Assembly: GCF_032054305.1 (NCBI RefSeq)
Contig: NZ_DAMBSX010000004.1
Span: 184,795-248,794 of the forward strand
Reading direction: 5' to 3'
Length of the DNA: 64,000 nt
Source of the DNA: Epilithonimonas sp.
Lineage (GTDB): Bacteria > Bacteroidota > Bacteroidia > Flavobacteriales > Weeksellaceae
Part shown: positions 41,627 to 49,775 of the stretch, piece after piece
How positions within the stretch are numbered: the stretch's first letter is position 1
Layout: each line of letters starts with the position of its first letter
Notes under the pieces: generated by a model
Seen by the model: the letters and a program-made list of their open reading frames with translations, nothing else
What the model was told of the DNA's origin: nothing
The model's database searches: none
Position numbers and translations under genes: made by a program

Positions 41627-41774
41627 AAAACCTCAACATAGCCCCGATGGTAGTGGCATCCTTTTTTTGCTTTGACTTAGTTTTCTTTTTGATGACAAAA
41701 TGTTCTTGCAAAAAAAGATATAGCGGACAGCGGGTTGGAATCTTGTTTCGGAGCTGAAATGTTGTTGCTCCTAA
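41627..41774 (+). repeat. Conserved non-coding element, copy A (second copy at 46877..47024)
   Basis: 41631..41738 aligns without gaps to 46881..46988. The arms are conserved and include CTTTTTTTGC (41661..41670) and GCAAAAAAAG (41708..41717). The central ~40 nt has diverged. Confidence 0.8.
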
Positions 41775-41785
41775 TTCCAATTTTG

Positions 41786-42946
41786 CTAATCCAAAGCTTG
41801 TTTCAGGTCTGTTATAATATCGTCAATATTTTCCAATCCTACGGAACATCGCACCAATCCAGCGGTAATCCCAACCTCATTTCTCTCTTCATCGGAAAGT
41901 TTGGAATGCGTTGTGGAAGCCGGATGCGTAACAATTGTCCTTGTATCTCCCAAGTTTGCGGAAAGGGAACACATTTTAATTCTGTTTAGGAAATTCCGTC
42001 CTCCTTCGATTCCACCTTTGATTTCAAAAGCCACGATGTTTCCACCTAATTTCATTTGCTTTTTAGAGATTTCGTAGCTTGGATGAGATTTTAGGAACGG
42101 ATATTTTACTAATTCTACATTTGGATGATTTTCCAGAAACTCTGCTACTTTCAATGCGTTTTCGCAATGTTTCTCAACTCGAATTGCCAAAGTCTCCAAA
42201 CTTTTACTCAAAACCCAAGCGTTGAAAGGCGACATCGCCGGACCAGTGTTTCTCGCAAACAAATAAATCTCACGAATCAAATCTGCTTTTCCAACAGCAA
42301 CACCACCCAAAACTCGACCTTGACCGTCAATCAGTTTTGTTGCTGAATGAACGACAATATCTGCTCCGTATTTAATTGGCTGTTGCAAATAAGGCGTCGC
42401 AAAACAATTGTCAACGATGAAAATCAAATTATGCTTTTTCGCAATCTGTCCGAAAAATTCTAAATCCAAAACTTCGATTGCCGGATTTGTTGGTGTTTCC
42501 AAATACAAGATTTTTGTATTTGGTTTGATGTATTGTTCTACATTCTCTGCATCTTCTGCTTTGAAATATGATGTTTCGATATTCCATTTTGGAAAATATT
42601 TTGTGAACAAAGTATGCGTGGAACCAAAAACCGATTGACAACTTACGATGTGGTCACCGGAATCAAGCAAAGTTGCAAAAGTTGAATAAATCGCTGCCAT
42701 TCCCGTTGCAAAAGCGTAACCGGATTCTGCACTTTCCATTTTCACAATCTTATCTACAAATTCTGTAACGTTGGGGTTGCTGAAACGGCTGTAAAGATTT
42801 TTGTCTTTTTCTTCTGCAAAGCTCGCACGCATATCTTCTGCATCTTCGAAAACGAAGCTGGACGTGAGATATAACGGCGTAGAATGTTCGTCAAACTGTG
42901 TTCTTTCGGTTTGCGTTCTTATGGCTAGAGTTTCAAAATTTTCCAT
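41786..42946 (-). CDS. metY: O-acetylhomoserine/O-succinylhomoserine sulfhydrylase (PLP-dependent Cys/Met metabolism family)
   Basis: HSATKLIDGQG (PLP lysine) and CSLSANLGDTRTIVTHPASTTH. The track start at 42961 is TTG. The ATG at 42946 (MENFETLAIRT) is preferred. Confidence 0.85.
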   Translation of the reverse strand: MENFETLAIRTQTERTQFDEHSTPLYLTSSFVFEDAEDMRASFAEEKDKNLYSRFSNPNVTEFVDKIVKMESAESGYAFATGMAAIYSTFATLLDSGDHIVSCQSVFGSTHTLFTKYFPKWNIETSYFKAEDAENVEQYIKPNTKILYLETPTNPAIEVLDLEFFGQIAKKHNLIFIVDNCFATPYLQQPIKYGADIVVHSATKLIDGQGRVLGGVAVGKADLIREIYLFARNTGPAMSPFNAWVLSKSLETLAIRVEKHCENALKVAEFLENHPNVELVKYPFLKSHPSYEISKKQMKLGGNIVAFEIKGGIEGGRNFLNRIKMCSLSANLGDTRTIVTHPASTTHSKLSDEERNEVGITAGLVRCSVGLENIDDIITDLKQALD

Positions 42947-42979
42947 AAAATAATGTAACAATGTATCTGTTTAACAATT

Positions 42980-43011
42980 TACCAATGTCATTGTTACATT
43001 TTACATTGGTA
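42980..43011. repeat. Intercistronic hairpin between hom and metY
   Basis: TACCAATGT (42980..42988) and ACATTGGTA (43003..43011) form a 9-bp stem, embedded in ACATTG/CAATGT word repeats. Confidence 0.6.
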
Positions 43012-43028
43012 GATTGGTACATTATAAT

Positions 43029-44567
43029 TTATTTAGTTTCACTTAATCTTAAAATATCTCCGAAAACGCCTCTAGCCGTTACTTTTGCTCCAGCTCCGGC
43101 TCCCATAATTACGATTGGATTTTCACCGTAACTTTCTGTATAGATTTCGAAAATAGAATCTGAACCTTTCAGTTGTCCTAATGCCGAATTGGCTGGCACA
43201 GAAATTAATTTGACATCCAACTCTCCTTTTTCTTTTTGTAAATCGCCGTGCAAATCGCCGACATATCTTAATACGTGGTCTGGTTGCTGATTTTCTTTGA
43301 TGTTCTGGTATTCTGAATCCAGTTCTTCCAATCTTGAAAGGAATTCTTCTTTAGAAACAGACAGCAGAGTTTCCGGAACAAGATTCTGAATATTGATGTC
43401 ATCAAATTCATTAACCAAATCCAGCTCTCTTGCCAGAATCAACAATTTTCTTGCGACATCATTTCCAGATAAATCTTCGCGTGGGTCCGGTTCGGTAAAA
43501 CCTTTTTCCAGAGCTTCGTTGATAATGGTTGAGAATTTATCGTTACGAAGCGAAAAATTATTAAAAACATAACTCAATGTTCCTGAAAAAACACCTTTGA
43601 TTCTCGTGATATTTTCTCCTGAAAGATGCAATAATTTAATTGTATCAATTAGAGGTAAACCAGCACCAACATTGGTTTCGTAAAGATATTTTTTCTTATT
43701 TTTTTCTAATAATTTTCTAAAATTTCGATATTCAGAGATTGGTAATGTATTGTAGATTTTGTTGGACCCAACGACATCAAATCCGTTCTCCACAAACACC
43801 GGATAATTTTTCACAAAATCTTTACTCGCCGTATTATCTACCATTACAAGATTTTCCAGATGATGTTCGTTTGCAAAATCTACTAAAGATTGTACACTTG
43901 ATTCTGTTTGAGAATATTTGATTTTCTGTCTCCAATCGCTTCCGAAACCGGCTTTGTTGAAAGCAACTTTTCTGGAATTGGCAATCGCAACGATTTTCAG
44001 CTCTACCCTTTTTCGATTTAAAATATCGTGAGCAGAATCCAGAATTTGCTCAACCAAAGTTCCGCCAACATTTCCGTGACCAATCAAAGCCAGATGAACT
44101 GTTTTTGGTTTTCCGTAGATTTCGGTTTCGATGATATTTTTTGTGATTTCGGTTTGATTTCCGGTGACAACAATGTTCACTCTTCCGGCAGAAGCAATTT
44201 GACTTAACAACAAAGGATAAATTTTATTTCTCTGAAGTTCTGATAAAATTTTGTTGTAATTATCCGACACAAAACCAATCACGCTCAGATTTTCAATGCT
44301 ATAAATATTGCTGACGTGACCTTCGGACTTTTCTTTTTCAAATTCTTTTTTCAGAAAATTAACCGCATCCTGCGCATCAACCTCATCCACCAAAACAGAA
44401 ATTCCGTTTTCTATGGCTTGTTGGGAAATGACACCAACACTGATTCCGCCTCCATTCAAAGCCTGAAAAATACGTGAATCCACGCCAATCTGTCCAAGAA
44501 AATCCTTTCCCTCGAAATTCACCAAAGCTTTGTTTCTATAAATATTAATTGCGTTCTTGTCTGTCAT
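43029..44567 (-). CDS. hom: Homoserine dehydrogenase with N-terminal aspartokinase-type ACT domains but no kinase domain
   Basis: The first ~150 aa are ACT-like (FEGKDFLGQIGVDSRIFQALNGGGISVGVISQQAIENGISVLV). Then comes the NAD-binding LALIGHGNVGGTLVEQI and the HSDH catalytic region. Its start overlaps the metX stop (TGATG). Confidence 0.85.
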   Translation of the reverse strand: MTDKNAINIYRNKALVNFEGKDFLGQIGVDSRIFQALNGGGISVGVISQQAIENGISVLVDEVDAQDAVNFLKKEFEKEKSEGHVSNIYSIENLSVIGFVSDNYNKILSELQRNKIYPLLLSQIASAGRVNIVVTGNQTEITKNIIETEIYGKPKTVHLALIGHGNVGGTLVEQILDSAHDILNRKRVELKIVAIANSRKVAFNKAGFGSDWRQKIKYSQTESSVQSLVDFANEHHLENLVMVDNTASKDFVKNYPVFVENGFDVVGSNKIYNTLPISEYRNFRKLLEKNKKKYLYETNVGAGLPLIDTIKLLHLSGENITRIKGVFSGTLSYVFNNFSLRNDKFSTIINEALEKGFTEPDPREDLSGNDVARKLLILARELDLVNEFDDINIQNLVPETLLSVSKEEFLSRLEELDSEYQNIKENQQPDHVLRYVGDLHGDLQKEKGELDVKLISVPANSALGQLKGSDSIFEIYTESYGENPIVIMGAGAGAKVTARGVFGDILRLSETK

Positions 44568-45514
44568 CAGTTCAAAAAAATAGGTTTTAAAATTGTGTTC
44601 AGTTGTTCGTATTCCATTAGAAAAGCATCGTGTCCGTGGATAGAATTAATCTCGTGATACTGAACGTTTTTGTTTTTATTTTGTAAAAATTGGTAAGTAT
44701 TTTTAATCTCAAAAGCCGGATAAAAAAGGTCTGAATCTACCGACACCAAATGAATCTCTGCATTGATATTTTCCAATTCATTTTCCTTTCCATTGATGTT
44801 CATAAGAAGATGATTGACGAGTTTGTAAGCTTTTAAACTAAATCTTTCGTTTAATCGATTTCCGTGAAAATTGAGCCAATCGTGGGATTTCAGAATTTGT
44901 TTTTCAGAATCTATTTCTCCATTGAATCTAGAATTAAGAGATTCCGGCGTTCTATAACATAACATTGCGTGGATTCGGGCTTTCTCAAGCGGTTTTTCTT
45001 CTGATTCTAATAAATATTTCTGAACCAGACATTGAGAATGTAGCCAATCCGAAGTTTTGAAATCTGTTGCAATCGGGATGAATCTTTCTGCTAAATCATT
45101 TTTTAAAGTCAACATTTCCCAACCGATAGAACCGCCAATTGAGCCTCCGACCAAAGCAAATAGTTTTTCGATTTTAAGAATTTTCAATCCTTCAAGGAAA
45201 ATTTTTGCAATATCCTGAACTGTGAAATCTTCATAATCATCAATAAAACAGCCATCGAAACCATTGCCGACAATATTGAAACAGATGACTGTGAATCGAT
45301 TGGTGTCAATGACTTTTCCTGCTCCAACCAAAGATTTCCACCAACCGTTTTCGCCGGCAACATCTGAGTTTCCGGTCAAAGCGTGATTAATCAAAACAAT
45401 TGGAGCCGAATACAATTCTTTTCCGAAAAGCTGATAACTTAATGGGATATCGAGAACTTTTCCGTTCTGAGTTTCGAAATTATGAATGTTGATATGTCGT
45501 AGCTTGTCTTCCAA
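44567..45514 (-). CDS. metX: Homoserine O-acetyltransferase (alpha/beta hydrolase); start codon uncertain
   Basis: INHALTGNSDVAGENGWWKSLVGAGKVIDTNRFTVICFNIVG and the nucleophile elbow GGSIGG. The track start (GTG at 45607) lies inside the SAM riboswitch. There is no in-frame ATG downstream until far into the gene. An in-frame TTG at 45514 is my best guess. Confidence 0.8.
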   Translation of the reverse strand: MEDKLRHINIHNFETQNGKVLDIPLSYQLFGKELYSAPIVLINHALTGNSDVAGENGWWKSLVGAGKVIDTNRFTVICFNIVGNGFDGCFIDDYEDFTVQDIAKIFLEGLKILKIEKLFALVGGSIGGSIGWEMLTLKNDLAERFIPIATDFKTSDWLHSQCLVQKYLLESEEKPLEKARIHAMLCYRTPESLNSRFNGEIDSEKQILKSHDWLNFHGNRLNERFSLKAYKLVNHLLMNINGKENELENINAEIHLVSVDSDLFYPAFEIKNTYQFLQNKNKNVQYHEINSIHGHDAFLMEYEQLNTILKPIFLN

Positions 45515-45571
45515 TTTTTGTCTGATAAAAAAATTGAAAATGCTACAGGGAAATGTAGAATATAGGTTTGG

Positions 45572-45672
45572 GTTATCTTTTCCGCCATTGCGGATAGAAT
45601 TTAGCACCTTCTTCGTTTCCGAAGGGTTGCCAAGGTTTCACAGAGTCTAATCTCTCCACCTTTCTCGATAAC
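45572..45672 (-). promoter_or_regulatory. SAM-I (S-box) riboswitch, leader of the metX-hom-metY-metH-metF operon
   Basis: The minus strand reads GTTATCGAGAAAGGTGGAGAGATTAGACTCTGTGAAACCTTGGCAACCCTTCGGAAACGAAGAAGGTGCTAAATTCTATCCGCAATGGCGGAAAAGATAAC. P1 is GTTATC/GATAAC. The conserved GAGNNAGGTGGAG, GGCAACC and GGTGCTAAATTC cores and a P4 hairpin are all present. Confidence 0.9.
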
Positions 45673-45704
45673 ATTTTCAATATGTAAATGAACAATTCTG
45701 ACTG

Positions 45705-45712
45705 CAAATATA
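45705..45712 (-). promoter_or_regulatory. Candidate -7 promoter box TATATTTG for the met operon
   Basis: TAnnTTTG match on the minus strand, about 33 nt upstream of riboswitch P1. Confidence 0.45.
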
Positions 45713-45844
45713 GATAAGAAATTGTCGTTTTTCCAAATAAACTGAAAAATGTCATTATAAATTTTTTGTTAAGAATCTATTTTAAGATATTTATAAAAGC
45801 AATTGTGTATAATATTTGCTTAAAATTCTTCCTAAAGATAAAAA

Positions 45845-46651
45845 ATGGACATTAATCTAAATAAGCAAGTTGCTATTGTCACAGGCTCTAGTAGCGGCAT
45901 AGGAAAAGGAATTGCCATCAGTTTGGCAAAATCCGGCGCAATTGTCATCGTGAATCACTCATCCGAACATTCGAAAGAGGAAGCGGAAGAAACTTTGAAA
46001 ACCATTGAAGACAATGGTGGCGAAGGATTCATTATTCAATGTGATGTGAGCAAGGAAGACCAAGTTTTGGCGATGTTCCAAACGACGGTTGATAAATATG
46101 GAACCGTTGATATTTTGATTAACAATGCCGGTTTGCAACAAGACGCGCCTTTCATCGAGATGACCTTGGCGCAATGGCAGAAAGTGATAGATGTGAATCT
46201 GACCGGACAATTTCTGTGTTCACGCGAAGCCATTAAAGAATTTTTGAAACGCGGAATGACAGAAAAATCCAAAGCGTTGGGGAAAATCATCAATATCAGC
46301 AGTGTTCACGAGACGATTCCGTGGGCTGGGCACGCCAATTACGCTTCCAGTAAAGGTGCGCTCAGAATGCTGATGCAAACGCTGGCTCAGGAATATGGAA
46401 AACAGAAAATCCGTGTGAATAATATTTGTCCGGGCGCCATCCAAACGCCCATTAACAAATCGGCCTGGGATAATAAGGAATCTCTGGATGCGCTGATGAC
46501 TTTGATTCCGTATGACAGAATTGGGCAACCGGAAGATATTGGGAATTTAGCCGTATTTTTGGCGAGTGATTATTCGGATTATATTACCGGAGCGAGTATC
46601 TATGTGGATGGTGGAATGACGACGCTGGAGAGTTTTGCGGATAACGGGTGA
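45845..46651 (+). CDS. Short-chain dehydrogenase/reductase (glucose 1-dehydrogenase-like)
   Basis: TGSSSGIGKG cofactor motif, NNAG, and the catalytic YASSKGA (YxxxK). Confidence 0.85.
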   Translation: MDINLNKQVAIVTGSSSGIGKGIAISLAKSGAIVIVNHSSEHSKEEAEETLKTIEDNGGEGFIIQCDVSKEDQVLAMFQTTVDKYGTVDILINNAGLQQDAPFIEMTLAQWQKVIDVNLTGQFLCSREAIKEFLKRGMTEKSKALGKIINISSVHETIPWAGHANYASSKGALRMLMQTLAQEYGKQKIRVNNICPGAIQTPINKSAWDNKESLDALMTLIPYDRIGQPEDIGNLAVFLASDYSDYITGASIYVDGGMTTLESFADNG

Positions 46652-46653
46652 TT

Positions 46654-46860
46654 ATAAATGATGAATGATAAGTGATAAATGATTCGATTCACTGTTTTTT
46701 TTCTTGAAATTTTTAAACGCAGAGATTTTTTGAAGTACGAAGAAATTTAAGAAGGCAAAGGAATAGATGAATCGATTTTTTAAGCGGATGTTGATTCGGA
46801 AAATAAATTTTATAATTGAGTTTTTTAATTATCATTTATCGATTATCAACTATCATTTAT
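46654..46860. repeat. MITE-like element of about 207 bp, bounded by 30-bp imperfect inverted repeats
   Basis: ATAAATGATGAATGATAAGTGATAAATGAT (46654..46683) matches the reverse complement of 46831..46860 at 25 of 30 positions by my count. No ORF inside. Confidence 0.6.
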
Positions 46861-46876
46861 CCGTTGAAAGAAAGGA

Positions 46877-47024
46877 AAAACCTCAACATAGCCCCGATGG
46901 GAACGGCATCCTTTTTTTGCTTTTGAGATAATTTTCTTTTGATGACCAATGGTCTGAGCAAAAAAAGATATAGTGGACAGCGGGTTGGGATGTTCTAACA
47001 AATGGACAACCGTGATGCTCCTAA
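46877..47024 (+). repeat. Conserved non-coding element, copy B (see 41627..41774)
   Basis: Same-strand, gap-free alignment to copy A. Stem arms at 46911..46920 and 46958..46967. Confidence 0.8.
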
Positions 47025-47058
47025 AAAAGAGAATAATTATTTTGAAATAATTAGAAGA

Positions 47059-49662
47059 ATGACTGAAGAAGAAAAATTAAAAAACCCGAATTGGAAAAAA
47101 TGGGGACCGTACGTGAGCCACCGCCAATGGGGAAATGTGCGGGAAGATTATAGCACAAATGGCGATGCGTGGGGATTTACTGGTCACGATACAGCAGAAG
47201 CCTGGACGTACCGATGGGCCGAGGAAGGCATCGCAGGAATCTCGGATGAGAAGCAACAGATGTGTTTTGCACTCTCTTTTTGGAATAAAAATGACTGCAG
47301 AGTCAAGGAACGTTTTTTCGGGCTGAGCAATTATCAGGGAAATCACGGCGAAGATATCAAGGAGATTTTTTATTATCTGGACAACACGCCATCTCACAGC
47401 TATATGAAGATGGTTTACAAATATCCCATCAATGCGTTTCCGTATGATGACCTCATCAATGTGAATGCACAACGTTCCAAAAACGAAATGGAATATGAAA
47501 TATTTGACACGGGAATTTTCGACAACGACGAGTATTTTGATATTTTTATTGAATATGCCAAAGCTGGCGAAGACGATTTTTTAATCAGAATCGATGTTCA
47601 TAACAGAAGCAACAAACCTGCGTCAATCGTGGTTTTGCCAACAGTTTGGTATAGAAATAATTGGGTTTGGGGTTACAACGATTATAAAGCGAAACTTGGT
47701 TTTTCTAAGCAAGGCGAAATTGATATTCATCACGATAGTCTGAGCATCAAAAAGTTATATTCTAGGAACCGGAATGTGGACGCTTTGTTTTGTGAGAACG
47801 AGACGAATCGCTCAAGACTTTTCAATCTTCCTAAGACGGAAGGTTTTTTCAAAGATGGTATCAATCAATACGTTACAAAAGGTCTTGATACAGTGAACCC
47901 TTCCAAAGTTGGGACAAAAGCGTCTTTACATTGCGAAGAAATCATCGAAGCGAATAGCAACAAGGTTTTCGAATTTCGGTTGTCGCCTCATATTATGGAG
48001 GATGCGTTTTATGATTTTGATGAAATCGTAGCGAGAAGAAAACAGGATGCGGACGAATTCTACGGAAACATTCAAAAAGAAATAGACAACGAAGATGAGA
48101 AAAATGTTCAGAGACAGGCTTTTGCAGGCTTGCTTTGGAACAAACAATTCTATCATTACAACGTTGGAAAATGGCTGAAAGGCGACCCGAATTTCCCGAT
48201 TCAGAGAAAAGGTTTTGTCCGGAACAGCGATTGGGAACATCTTCATAACAAGGACATTATATCGATGCCCGACAAGTGGGAATATCCTTGGTATGCGACT
48301 TGGGATTTGGCGTTCCATTGCGTAAGTTTTTCTGTGATCGATTCAGAATTTGCTAAAAATCAATTGATTACATTGACCAAAGAATGGTATATGCACCCGA
48401 ACGGTCAGGTTCCCGCTTACGAATGGAATTTTGATGATGTGAATCCTCCGGTTCACGCTTGGGCGACTTTCAGGGTTTTTAAAATCGATGAAAAAAATAA
48501 TGGAAAACCGGATTTAGCTTTCTTGGAAAGGGTTTTTCAGAAATTATTACTGAATTTCACTTGGTGGGTCAACCGAAAAGATTATAACGGGAACAACCTT
48601 TTTGGAGGTGGATTTCTAGGTTTGGACAACATCGGCGCCTTTGACAGGAATATGGAATTCAATGAAGGGGAACATCTGGAACAAGCCGACGGAACGAGCT
48701 GGATGGCGATGTATGCGCTGAATATGATGCGTATTTCTATGGAACTCGCAACGTACAATCCTGTTTATGAAGATATGGCCATCAAGTTTTTCGAGCATTA
48801 TCTTTATATCGCCGAAGCAATGGAAAACATCGGTGAAGGCAAACAAGGACTTTGGAACGAAGAAGACGGATTTTTCTACGATTTGCTTCAGCTTTCCAAT
48901 GGTGACAGTGTGAATCTCAAACTTCGAAGCATTGTTGGATTGATTCCGATGTTTGCCGTTGAAGTGGTGGAACACAGTATGTTGGAAAAACTTCCGGAGT
49001 TCAAAAAACGGATGGAATGGATTCTGAAAAATAAACAGGAGTTAACGAAACTCGTTTCTCAATGGTACGTAGAAGGCGAAGGAAACAAACACCTTTTGAG
49101 TATTTTGCGAAAAACAAGACTGACGAAAGTTCTGACGAGATTGGTTGATGAATCCGAATTCCTAAGCGATTACGGAATCCGTGCGATGTCCAAAGTTTAT
49201 GAGGAAAATCCGTTCAGATTTACCGTTCACGACCAGGAACACGTTGTTTATTATACGCCTGCAGAAAGTGACAGTCGAATGTTTGGCGGCAACAGCAACT
49301 GGCGTGGACCGATTTGGTTCCCTATTAATTTCCTGATTGTAGAAAGTCTGCAACGTTTCCATTTCTTTTTCGGCGATGCTTTGACGATTGAATATCCAAA
49401 AGGAAGTGGTGTTCAAAAGAATCTGGAAGAAGTTTCCAAAGACATCGGCGATAGACTTTGTGGTATTTTCCTGAGAGATGAAAATGGAAATCGTGCGTTC
49501 AATGGTGGCGTAGAGAAATTTAACCAAGACCCGCATTTCAAAGATTACATTATGTTCTTCGAATATTTCCACGGTGACAATGGCCGAGGGGTTGGCGCTT
49601 CCCATCAAACCGGATGGACTTCTACGGTGGCGAAGTTGATTCAGCCGAGGTTGAAGCATTAG
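47059..49662 (+). CDS. GH63-like (MGH1-type) glucosidase
   Basis: NPNWKKWGPYVSHRQWGNVREDYS near the N-terminus, followed by a long (alpha/alpha)6-type body. The track start is 47002, but that extension overlaps repeat copy B. The ATG at 47059 (MTEEEKLKNPNWKKWGPY) is preferred. Confidence 0.78.
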   Translation: MTEEEKLKNPNWKKWGPYVSHRQWGNVREDYSTNGDAWGFTGHDTAEAWTYRWAEEGIAGISDEKQQMCFALSFWNKNDCRVKERFFGLSNYQGNHGEDIKEIFYYLDNTPSHSYMKMVYKYPINAFPYDDLINVNAQRSKNEMEYEIFDTGIFDNDEYFDIFIEYAKAGEDDFLIRIDVHNRSNKPASIVVLPTVWYRNNWVWGYNDYKAKLGFSKQGEIDIHHDSLSIKKLYSRNRNVDALFCENETNRSRLFNLPKTEGFFKDGINQYVTKGLDTVNPSKVGTKASLHCEEIIEANSNKVFEFRLSPHIMEDAFYDFDEIVARRKQDADEFYGNIQKEIDNEDEKNVQRQAFAGLLWNKQFYHYNVGKWLKGDPNFPIQRKGFVRNSDWEHLHNKDIISMPDKWEYPWYATWDLAFHCVSFSVIDSEFAKNQLITLTKEWYMHPNGQVPAYEWNFDDVNPPVHAWATFRVFKIDEKNNGKPDLAFLERVFQKLLLNFTWWVNRKDYNGNNLFGGGFLGLDNIGAFDRNMEFNEGEHLEQADGTSWMAMYALNMMRISMELATYNPVYEDMAIKFFEHYLYIAEAMENIGEGKQGLWNEEDGFFYDLLQLSNGDSVNLKLRSIVGLIPMFAVEVVEHSMLEKLPEFKKRMEWILKNKQELTKLVSQWYVEGEGNKHLLSILRKTRLTKVLTRLVDESEFLSDYGIRAMSKVYEENPFRFTVHDQEHVVYYTPAESDSRMFGGNSNWRGPIWFPINFLIVESLQRFHFFFGDALTIEYPKGSGVQKNLEEVSKDIGDRLCGIFLRDENGNRAFNGGVEKFNQDPHFKDYIMFFEYFHGDNGRGVGASHQTGWTSTVAKLIQPRLKH

Positions 49663-49775
49663 AGTTCTTGTGAGTTGGAGGGTTTTAGTGTTTGAGTGTC
49701 TGAGAGAGTTTTTGATTTGCTCAAACGCTTTTACTCTCCAATGCTTTAAATCTCACACGCTCTAACACTCAAACT
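49663..49775. repeat. Imperfect ~113-bp palindrome filling the gap between the convergent GH63 and OsmC genes; probable bidirectional terminator
   Basis: Nested complementary words: AGAGTT/AACTCT, TGTGAG/CTCACA, TTGGAG/CTCCAA, GTTTGAG/CTCAAAC. Confidence 0.55.

Noticed and set aside
41718-41745. A tRNA T-arm-like string, GCGGGTTGGAATC, inside repeat copy A.
   Set aside because: There is no acceptor stem, anticodon arm or GTTCGAATC core. Copy B differs at the critical positions. It is not a tRNA or an obvious tRNA-derived att site.
41458-41785. A cobalamin or second SAM riboswitch expected upstream of the metH genes.
   Set aside because: Neither the GCCACTG B12-box nor the SAM-I core motifs are present on either strand. 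The region is occupied by repeat elements instead.
41559-41989. Small ORFs 41559..41780 (minus strand) and 41735..41989 (plus strand) across the repeat region.
   Set aside because: They run through repeat and hairpin sequence and use TTG starts. The frames are not preserved in the second repeat copy at 46877. One of them overlaps metY antisense.
45515-45755. The 5' extension of metX to the GTG at 45607, and the 60-aa ORF 45573..45755.
   Set aside because: Both would translate through a canonical SAM-I aptamer (45572..45672). The RNA element explains the sequence conservation better than coding does.
45845-49662. Elevated GC in the SDR and GH63 genes as a sign of horizontal transfer. By eye, single 60-nt lines ran 40-55 percent, against about 30 percent in the LRR gene.
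   Set aside because: A line of eno gave about 47 percent, so the difference may reflect expression or amino-acid bias. I cannot compute windows properly here. A real GC and codon-usage scan would be needed.
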